Source: Anaeramoeba ignava BMAN (Eukaryota; Protista; Anaeramoebae). Taken from it: DNA of 64,000 nucleotides. The DNA lies in contig JAPDFW010000103.1 in the NCBI GenBank assembly GCA_028826165.1, positions 434,001 through 498,000 on the forward strand, in the 5' to 3' direction. Below, in pieces: positions 55,997-64,000 of this stretch. A model generated the notes under the pieces. The model was not told where the DNA came from, searched no databases, and was given only the letters and a program-made list of their open reading frames with translations. Each line of letters opens with the position of its first letter. Within the stretch, counting starts at the first letter, position 1. The translations under genes and the position numbers were made by a program.

Positions 55997-58900
55997 TCAT
56001 TTAAGTTTATCCATTCCAAGAAATTCACGAATTTCATTTACAAAATGTATTCCATATCTTTTAATTTTAAAACCATCAAAATCTGGAAAATCTTCTAAAA
56101 TTGATAATTCAGAAGGACAAATTTCAGCTAAATTTTTTAAAGTCACTCGAGAAACAACTTCAGATGGAGAACAATTATTATCTTTTGCTAAAACACCTCG
56201 AATATCTTCCAATTTGCAAAAAAGAGTAACTTTTTTTGGATCAAGCTCTTGAGAAAGCCAGTTATTAATCAAAGCATCTTCTTCATTTTCAGGACGAATA
56301 TCAAGTAAAACAATTTTATCATCATTCGTTTCATTTGAAAAAGTTCTTTTGACATTTTTTGGTTTTGTTGAAGCTTCTTTTTGAAATGAAACAGAATCAC
56401 TATTTGATCTTCTTGCAAGCATTTGATTTTTAATATATTGCTTTGGGATCCAAATTTTCACTTGCATTTCACCGTTCAAAACCTTGATATGATTTGGCTC
56501 GAGATGATAAATAGGAATTGCAGAAAATGATTTGGGAATGATGAGGAATTTTGTGCCAAGAATATTAAGAGATTCCATTTTGTGGATGATTTTTTTGATC
56601 ATCACCGAGGAATAAATAAATCCGAATCCGAAATGGAGCCGCTCTGACACAGACTCATTTCGTATGATAAAATCCTCGCCAGCGATAAATTTGAGGAGTT
56701 TAGATTTTGACATGTTTCCACTTTCTTGAAGAATTTCAATTATTTTCTTTGCATCTTCTGTTGAATTTATTTTTTCGAAGTGCAATTTTACCCGATTTCT
56801 GCAATTATCACATTTTCCGTTGCATTCTTCTGAGTTGAAATCCTCACCAAAATATTTGAGGATGATTCTTCTTCTGCATTTGTAGTCATTCTCGCAATAT
56901 CTTATGATATAATACAACAACTCATTCTGTCTTCTCTTTGTTTCTTCAGATTTCACAAAGGGAACAACATAACTTTTCTGGTTATTATTATAAGCCTGGA
57001 AATTAGGCTGGTTTTCATCATTTCTTCCATTATTTTCATTTGGTTCTTCGTTATTCATAACAAAAAGCAGTTTTGAAACATCGGCTTCAGAATAATAAAG
57101 AATACAATGTGCAGGCTCTCCATCTCTTCCTGCGCGCCCGCTTTCTTGATAGTACGACTCTAACGACTTCGGAATTGTGTTGTGGATCACAAATCTCACA
57201 TCGGGTTTATTAATTCCCATTCCAAATGCTATTGTTGCCACAATCACGTCAATTTTTCCTGATCTCCATTTCTCATGTATTTCGGAACGGTTTTTCAGTT
57301 CCGCGTGATAGAACGAGCAATTAATCCCTCGTTCCTCAAGTTTCTTGCTTAATATCTCCGATTCTGCTCTTGAAAAGCAGTAAATAATGCCTGATTTTTT
57401 TGGATAGCGTTTTTTGATGAAATAAATAATTTCTTCGAAATTTTGTTCCCTTTTCATTTTCACTTCAAAAATCAAATTCTTGCGATTAAAAGACTGTTTG
57501 AAAATTTCGCATTCTGGAATCAATAAGCTTTCAATAACATCTTGAATAACTGGGGGTGTTGCTGTTGCTGTGAGAGCAATAATAGGAACATCTTTGAAAT
57601 TCTTCTTCAGAATTGATAGTTCGCGATAATCAGGACGGAAATCATGTCCCCATTGACTGACGCAATGAGCTTCATCAATTACAAATCGGATAATTTTTTT
57701 TGCTTTATGCCATTTCTTTAATTCCTCAAAAAATTTCCAACTTCGATTGATTTTTTCCGGTGTTACATAAAGAAGTTTGATATCCGGTTTTTCAGAGTCG
57801 ATTTCCTTATAAATTGCATCTGCTTCTGGTTCGGTCATATCCGATGAAAAACTGCGAACTTTTACATTCAAACTTTTCAGCACTAGCACTTGATCATGAA
57901 TCAATGAAACAAGTGGTGAAATAACTATTGTAACCCCTTTGTTTAATATCGCGGGTAGTTGATAACATAGTGAATTGTGTGTAACAATAAAATCGTGCAG
58001 CAAATATCTTCCATTCCCGTCAATTTCAAATCCAAAATACTCTTCAACTCCCAGTTTTTCAATCTCAAATTTTGTTGTTAATTTATATTCTGTGTTTCGA
58101 ATCCCTTTGTTTCTTTCCAATTTAACTGGAACTTGCTCCATTTCTGATCCTCCAAATATTATTTCATGAATTTTATATTCTTTTTTTTTCGCATATTTTT
58201 CCCTAATAATCTCAAATCCAAGTGATCGAATAATAAACTTAATATCTTCTCCAATTTTATCCTTTTTTTGGAAATACAAACAAATATCAATATCAACTCC
58301 TTTGTTTGAAACACTTCCAATTGAATCTATAAAACCAGCAATTATTTCCATTTGTGATTTCCTTGAAGAACAACATATTTGTTTTGGAATTCTAAATTTT
58401 CCAATGTTGTTTTTTCCTTTAAATTTGTGATTTAAATTCCCCATATTAAATGCTAATTGATAAAAATCCGGATATAATCCCAAAGCAGGCAAATTTGTGC
58501 GAGAAAAAACAACAGGCACACGATATAAATGGTATTTATTTTTCCACAAATGTGATTTTTTGATATAATTTCTAACTGAAATATCAACAGTTTTATTTTT
58601 TTGATTTTTTAATGATAATAAATGTGATTCAGTCACTTTAAATGTTTCTCCATTTTCTGGTTTAATTAGATACATTGTTTCTTCACCAGAACACAAAGTA
58701 AAAACCTTCCGAGGCGATGAATCTTCTCCCATTAATAAATCACCCACTTTGATATTTTGAACCATTTTATAATCACCTGAAAACATCATGATTTTTGTAT
58801 TTTTTGCATGACATTTTCCTCCACCAGTTGGCATTAAAACAAACAGATCTTTTTTGAGAAGGCTTGCATTCACAACCTCAAGTTGGTTTGTTCGGAATGA

Positions 58901-60763
58901 TTCAATACGGAATATTGATTTTTTAACTGTTTCAACAGCACTAGAAAAATAAAAATCTGTTTTTGCATATTCTTCCAAATTTGGTGTTTTTCCTTTTGGA
59001 GGTTGCTTTGGAATAAGTTGTTGGATATTTTGTATTTGATCTTGATTTTCATCTTGATTTTCATCTTGATCTTTATTTTCATCTTCATTTTGGTTTTGAT
59101 CTTCTTTTTCTTCTTCATCTTTTTCAATGGTATTTCGTTTAAAAATGTAATTATATTCATTTTTTTTGCGATTTATTTCATCTTGTTCAATATCTTGAAT
59201 TGGAATTGTTTGATTTTCAATTTCTTTTGAACTTTGATTTGAACTTTGATTTGAACTTTGATTTGAACTTTGATTTGAACTTTGATTTGAACTTTGATTT
59301 GAACTTTGATTTCGAAATTGATTTGAAATTTGATTTCGAAATTGATTTGAACTTTGATTTGTATTTTGATTTAGAAATTGATTTGTATTTTGATTTAGAA
59401 ATTGATTTGTATTTTGATTTGTATTTTGATTTGAAGATGTATTTGAAGTTTGATTTGTATTTTGATTTGAATGAATTTTAGGTTGAGTTAATTTTCGTTT
59501 TAAATTTGGGCTTGAATTTAGAAATTGATTTTGATTTTGATTTTGGTTTTGATTTTGATTTTGATTTAAATTTAAATTTAAATTTTCTTTTGTTTTTGGT
59601 TGTGTTTTTGTTTTTGTATTTATTTGTTGATTTTTTGTAAAAATTGTTTTTTGATTTTGATTTTGATTTTGATTTTGATTTTGATTTAAATCAATAGTAT
59701 GTGAATTATGTGGTATTTCTTGACTAATAAGTGGTTGAGAAAATGTATTTCTATTATTTACAATATGATCTTGTGAATTGTGAATAAATTCTTGATGTAA
59801 TATCTGTGGATTTATTAATTCTTTTTTAAAAGGTTGATTTTGATATTTTCTTTGCTTTTGTTGAATAAAAAAATCCTCATCCATTTCATTTGTTCCATTC
59901 ATAAACGGTTCTTGACTCATTGAGTTATCCTGACTCAAAAAAAATGGTAATTGAGATTGCAAAAACGAATTTTCAGTTATTTTCTTTCTCATAATTTTTT
60001 CAATTAAATATTGATAATTGGAAATTCTTAAAGAATGTTGTTGTAAATTTTTTTTTAAATTGACTAATTGTCCAGGAGATAATTTCTTCAGTTTTTTTTT
60101 GTTTAAGAAAAGTGGGTTTTTATAAGAATTTTGTTCTCTTTGTTGATTTCCAAAAAAATTTTCGAGATCGAAATCTTTTTTATGTCTTTTTTGATCAATT
60201 CTAATTTGACTTTCTTCTTGATTTTCAAATTGAGGAAAAAGTAATTTTCTTGGTTGTTTTCTTGCAAATGGTAAATTTGGAGGGATATTTCTAGAATTTG
60301 GTGAATTAAAATATAATTCTTGGTAATCTTGATTTGGATGAAAATTTTTAAATTTATTTTTGTCTGAATGTGAATGTTTGAGTTGATTTGAAAATCCCAA
60401 ATTCTCATTTCTTATTATTTGATCACTTAAATTTTTTCTTGCAAATAATTCTTTTTGAGCATTTATAAAATCAATTTCTTTAAAATTTTCGTTAGGATTT
60501 AGAGAAGGTTGTGAATGTGAATTTAGATTTGGATTTGAATTTAGATTTAAATTTGAATTTGAATTTGAATTTAGATTTGAATTTGAATTTGAATTTAGAT
60601 TTGGATTTAGATTTGAATTTAGATTTGGATTTAATTTTGGATTTGAATTTAGAGGTGATTGTAATAAATTATTTAAACTTAAAGAAGGTTGAATATTTGA
60701 TTTGGAACGAATTAAATTTTTATTAGGAGTTAATTTTGGATTTGGAATTTTATTTGGATTCAT
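55997..60763 (-). CDS. RecQ helicase (BLM/Sgs1-like) precursor containing an intein; true start may be 61639
   Basis: FRTNQ, LMPTGGGK/SLCYQLPA, YVTPE, DEAHCVSQWGHDFRPDY, ALTATA, ATIAFGMGINKPDVR, QESGRAGRDG, RQC Zn cysteines (CRR..CNGKCDNC), C-terminal HRDC-like region. Confidence 0.95.
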   Translation of the reverse strand: MNPNKIPNPKLTPNKNLIRSKSNIQPSLSLNNLLQSPLNSNPKLNPNLNSNLNPNLNSNSNSNLNSNSNSNLNLNSNPNLNSHSQPSLNPNENFKEIDFINAQKELFARKNLSDQIIRNENLGFSNQLKHSHSDKNKFKNFHPNQDYQELYFNSPNSRNIPPNLPFARKQPRKLLFPQFENQEESQIRIDQKRHKKDFDLENFFGNQQREQNSYKNPLFLNKKKLKKLSPGQLVNLKKNLQQHSLRISNYQYLIEKIMRKKITENSFLQSQLPFFLSQDNSMSQEPFMNGTNEMDEDFFIQQKQRKYQNQPFKKELINPQILHQEFIHNSQDHIVNNRNTFSQPLISQEIPHNSHTIDLNQNQNQNQNQNQKTIFTKNQQINTKTKTQPKTKENLNLNLNQNQNQNQNQNQNQFLNSSPNLKRKLTQPKIHSNQNTNQTSNTSSNQNTNQNTNQFLNQNTNQFLNQNTNQSSNQFRNQISNQFRNQSSNQSSNQSSNQSSNQSSNQSSNQSSKEIENQTIPIQDIEQDEINRKKNEYNYIFKRNTIEKDEEEKEDQNQNEDENKDQDENQDENQDQIQNIQQLIPKQPPKGKTPNLEEYAKTDFYFSSAVETVKKSIFRIESFRTNQLEVVNASLLKKDLFVLMPTGGGKCHAKNTKIMMFSGDYKMVQNIKVGDLLMGEDSSPRKVFTLCSGEETMYLIKPENGETFKVTESHLLSLKNQKNKTVDISVRNYIKKSHLWKNKYHLYRVPVVFSRTNLPALGLYPDFYQLAFNMGNLNHKFKGKNNIGKFRIPKQICCSSRKSQMEIIAGFIDSIGSVSNKGVDIDICLYFQKKDKIGEDIKFIIRSLGFEIIREKYAKKKEYKIHEIIFGGSEMEQVPVKLERNKGIRNTEYKLTTKFEIEKLGVEEYFGFEIDGNGRYLLHDFIVTHNSLCYQLPAILNKGVTIVISPLVSLIHDQVLVLKSLNVKVRSFSSDMTEPEADAIYKEIDSEKPDIKLLYVTPEKINRSWKFFEELKKWHKAKKIIRFVIDEAHCVSQWGHDFRPDYRELSILKKNFKDVPIIALTATATPPVIQDVIESLLIPECEIFKQSFNRKNLIFEVKMKREQNFEEIIYFIKKRYPKKSGIIYCFSRAESEILSKKLEERGINCSFYHAELKNRSEIHEKWRSGKIDVIVATIAFGMGINKPDVRFVIHNTIPKSLESYYQESGRAGRDGEPAHCILYYSEADVSKLLFVMNNEEPNENNGRNDENQPNFQAYNNNQKSYVVPFVKSEETKRRQNELLYYIIRYCENDYKCRRRIILKYFGEDFNSEECNGKCDNCRNRVKLHFEKINSTEDAKKIIEILQESGNMSKSKLLKFIAGEDFIIRNESVSERLHFGFGFIYSSVMIKKIIHKMESLNILGTKFLIIPKSFSAIPIYHLEPNHIKVLNGEMQVKIWIPKQYIKNQMLARRSNSDSVSFQKEASTKPKNVKRTFSNETNDDKIVLLDIRPENEEDALINNWLSQELDPKKVTLFCKLEDIRGVLAKDNNCSPSEVVSRVTLKNLAEICPSELSILEDFPDFDGFKIKRYGIHFVNEIREFLGMDKLK
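57974..58813 (-). mobile_element. Intein (280 aa, VDE/Hom_end-type) with degenerate LAGLIDADG homing endonuclease
   Basis: In-frame 840-nt insertion GGGK|CHAKNTKIMM..KVGDLLMGEDSSPRKV..VTESHLL (block B TxxH)..IAGFIDSIG..RSLGF..YFGFEIDGNGRYLLHDFIVTHN|SLCYQ. It has Cys1, terminal His-Asn and Ser+1. Confidence 0.95.
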
Positions 60764-60764
60764 T

Positions 60765-61350
60765 TGATTTGGATTTATTTGATTTGATTTGATTTGAATT
60801 TATTTGATTTGGATTTATTTGATTTGAATTTATTTGATTTGGATTTATTTGATTTGGATTTATTTGATTTGGATTTATTTGATTTGGATTTATTTTATTT
60901 GAATTTATTTGATTTGGATTTATTTGATTTGGATTTATTTGATTTGGATTTATTTGATTTGGATTTATTTGAATTTGGAATTTGATTTGAATTTATTTGA
61001 TTTGAATTTATTTGATTTGAATTTATTTGATTTGTATTTATTTGATTTGATTTGGATTTATTTTATTTGAATTTATTTGATTTGAATTTGAATTTATTTG
61101 ATTTGAATTTATTTGATTTGAATTTATTTGATTTGGATTTATTTGATTTGGATTTATTTGATTTGGATTTATTTGATTTGAATTTATTTGATTTGAATTT
61201 GTATTTGATTTGATTTGGAATTTATTTGATTTGGAATTTGATTTGGATTTATTTGATTTGGATTTATTTGATTTGGATTTTATTTTGATTTGGAATTTGA
61301 TTTGGAATTTTTGATTTGATTTGAATTTGATTTTGATTTGAATTTGATTT
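60765..61350. repeat. 15-mer repeat GATTTG(G/A)ATTTATTT (PNQIN/SNQIN on the minus strand)
   Basis: Directly visible; the same unit continues into the flanking minus-strand ORFs. Confidence 0.8.
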
Positions 61351-61354
61351 GAAT

Positions 61355-61639
61355 TTATTTTGGAATTTGATTTGGAATTTGATTTGAATTTATTTGATTT
61401 GGAATTAAATTTGAATTTATTTGATTTGAAATTGGAATTTGATTTGGAATTGGATTTTCATTTGAAATTGATTTAAAATTTTTTAATTTTTCTAAAGTTG
61501 ATGTTAAATTTAATTTCTTTTTTTTTTCTTGATTTTTCTCATTTTGATTTGAAAATTTTTGAGGTGTTCTATTAAATTTAAATCCTGATGATAAAGCTTC
61601 TTTATGTGATTGTTTCAACCATTCTAAATCTTGATCCAT
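61355..61639 (-). CDS. Probable N-terminal segment of the RecQ gene
   Basis: MDQDLEWLKQ.. ORF on the same strand that runs into the PNQIN repeat leading to the RecQ ORF. Confidence 0.5.
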   Translation of the reverse strand: MDQDLEWLKQSHKEALSSGFKFNRTPQKFSNQNEKNQEKKKKLNLTSTLEKLKNFKSISNENPIPNQIPISNQINSNLIPNQINSNQIPNQIPK

Positions 61640-61760
61640 TCAATATAAAAAAATAAAATGAAAAATGAAAAATGAAAAATGAAAATTTTTTTTTTCATTT
61701 TTTTTTTCTCAAATAAAAAAATTTTTTATTTATTTGTTGTTTTAATTAAATATAAAAAAA

Positions 61761-62978
61761 ATGAATCAAATGAGGACAATTAGATTACAAAAAGAAATGA
61801 AAACTCTTCAAACAGAAAAATTTGATGGAATTGAAATTAAAATTGGAGAAAAAATTGATAAATTTGAAGCAAGTAAAAAAACAATATTTTTATTTTTATT
61901 TTTCAAATTGAAAAAATTATTATTTATTTAAAGTTATAATTGGACCTGAAAAAACTCCTTATGAAAATGGGGAATTTAAAATTGAAATTGTTATTCCAGA
62001 AAATTATCCACTTCAACCACCAAATATAAGATTTTTAACTCCAATTTATCATCCAAATATTGATGAGTAAATTAAATTAAATTAATTTTCATTTTAAAAT
62101 TAATTTTGATTTTAAATTCATTTTCATTTTAAATTGATTTTCAAATTAAATTAATTTTGATTTTAAATTAATTTTCATTTTAAATTAATTTTGATTTTAA
62201 ATTTTTAGTCAAGGAAGAATTTGTTTAGGTTTATTTCCTTTTTAAAATTAAAGAAAATTTTCTTTTAAAAAAAAAAGTGGAACAAAAAAATTTTTTTTTT
62301 CTTCTTTTTATTTTCTTTTAAGATACTTTAAAAATGGCAGGAAAAAATAGAGAAGGAGGTTGGAATTGTGCTTTATCAATTGGAACTTTGATTCAAATGG
62401 TTCGTTTATTACTTGAAACTCCCAATCCTGATGATGGATTAATGTTAGAATCTGTAAAATTCAAATTAAATTCTTTTATTTTTTTTAAATTTATTTAGTT
62501 TATTTTTTTTTAATAATTTATCAAGTCAAAAGAATTTGTTCAAAATAGAGATCTTTTTAATCAAAAAGCTAGAAATTTTACTATATCACATGCAATAAAC
62601 AATAAATCAAATTTAAATAAATCAAATTTAAATCAATCAAATTTAAATAAATCAAATTTAAATCAACCAAATTTAAATGAATCAAATAAAAATGAAACAA
62701 ATTTAAATAAATCAAATTTAAATCAATCAAATTTAAATCAATCAAATTTAAATCAATCAAATTTAAATGAAACAAATTTAAATAAAACAAATTTAAATAA
62801 ATCAAATTTAAATCAATCAAATTTAAATAAATCAAATTTAAACCAATCAAATTTAAATCAATCAAATTTAAATCAATCAAATTTAAATAAATCAAATTTA
62901 AATCAATCAAATTTAAATCAATCAAATTTAAATCAATCAAATTTAAATGAATCAAAATTAAATCAATCAAAAATTTAA
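61761..62978 (+). CDS. Ubiquitin-conjugating enzyme E2, UBE2T-like, 5 exons (not in the ORF track)
   Basis: Spliced translation: [33 protein letters not shown]|QGRICL|[15 protein letters not shown]|..FNQKAR. The tail runs into an SNLNQ repeat, so the 3' end is uncertain. Confidence 0.85.
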
Positions 62979-63318
62979 ATAAATCAAATTTAAATCAATC
63001 AAATTTAAAAATCAAATAAAAAAAAACAAAATCAAAGAGAAAAAGAAAAACACAATCAAAAACAAGAAAAAAAATCAAAATCAAAATCAAAATCAAAATC
63101 AAAATCAAAATCAAAATCAAAATTTTTCCAAAATCAAAATCAAAAAATTCGGAAAAAAAATAATCAAAAAAGAATTTTATTTTCTTTTTTTTTTTCCTTT
63201 TTTTCCATTCTTTTTGATTTTTTAATTAAAAAAAATTTAATTTTTCATTTTTAATTTTTCATTTTTCATTTTTCCAAATTTTTTTTTCTTTCTTTAAAAA
63301 AAAAAAAAAACAAACAAA

Positions 63319-64000
63319 ATGCAACATTTACTTGAAGGAATTCAAAATGAAGATATTTCTATTAAATATAATAGCATTATTGAATTAAATGAAAAGATTT
63401 GTCTTGCAACAGAAAAAACATTTCGTGGTTTTTCTTTAGAAAAATTTGTACCTGCAATTGTTAATCTTATTGAATTACCAGATTCACCTGAAATTAGTTG
63501 TAAATATAATTTAATTTTTTTATTTAATTTTTTCAATTAATTTTTTATTTTAAATTAATTTTTTATTTTAAATTAATTTTTTAATTAGTAATTGCTTCTC
63601 GTACTCTTACAAATTTACTTGAAACTCTCCCTGATTCTTATCATATTATTTCTTCTTTAGCAATTGATGTTTTACTTTCAAAAATTTTATCTATTGAATA
63701 TCTTGATCTTGCAGAAATAGCAATAGATGTAAAATTAAAATTCATTTATAAAATTAAAATTAAAATTAAAATTCATTTATAAAATTAAAATTGAAATTAA
63801 AAATTAAAATTCATTTATAAAATTAAAATTAAAATTAAAATTCATTTATAAAATTAAAATTAAAATTAAAATTAAAATTAAAATTAAAATTATAATTAAA
63901 ATTCATTTATAAAATTAAAATTAAAATTAAAATTAAAATTAAAATCAAAATTAAAATCAAAATTAAAATTAAAATTCATTTATAAAATTAAAATTCATTT
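63319..64000 (+). CDS. TRIP12/Ufd4/UPL3-like HECT E3 ligase, N-terminal ARM region (3' partial)
   Basis: ELNEKICLATEKTFRGF..FVPAIVNLI..|LIASRTLTNLLETLP..SKILSIEYLDLAE matches the Ufd4/TRIP12 N-terminus. Confidence 0.8.

Noticed and set aside
57974-58813. RecQ insertion as a spliceosomal or group I intron, or a Hedgehog Hint domain
   Set aside because: It has no GT-AG ends, is fully in frame, has C...HN/S intein termini and is flanked by both halves of the host motif.
4389-64000. Ubiquitin-system gene cluster (BTBs, UIM kinase, RNF213-like, E2, HECT)
   Set aside because: The genes are interspersed with unrelated housekeeping genes and these families are large, so there is no evidence of a functional cluster.

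Overview
Extremely AT-rich eukaryotic (protist) genomic DNA in the standard genetic code, with GT-AG spliceosomal introns, many of them filled with simple tandem repeats. The style (NQ/KE low-complexity runs, BTB-TLDc expansions, a nuclear intein) resembles an Anaeramoeba-type metamonad; that assignment is inference. About 16 genes are visible: a two-module AAA+ ATPase, two tandem BTB-TLDc genes, a HipA/PI3-4K-like atypical kinase with a C-terminal UIM, a coiled-coil protein, a CLK/LAMMER kinase, TRMT2A, a PQ-loop protein, a giant frameshift-broken RNF213/mysterin-like gene, a P4-ATPase, a BTB protein, an ABCD4-like transporter, a CDCA3-like protein, a RecQ/BLM-like helicase, a UBE2T-like E2 (absent from the ORF track) and the start of a TRIP12/Ufd4-like HECT E3. 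Highlights: a 280-aa VDE-like intein with a degenerate LAGLIDADG domain inserted in the RecQ Walker A motif; a prokaryote-like kinase fused to a UIM; an RNF213-like giant ATPase in a protist; frequent AAG 3' splice sites lacking polypyrimidine tracts; and intron-specific microsatellites. Gene names come from motif recognition by eye, not database searches.
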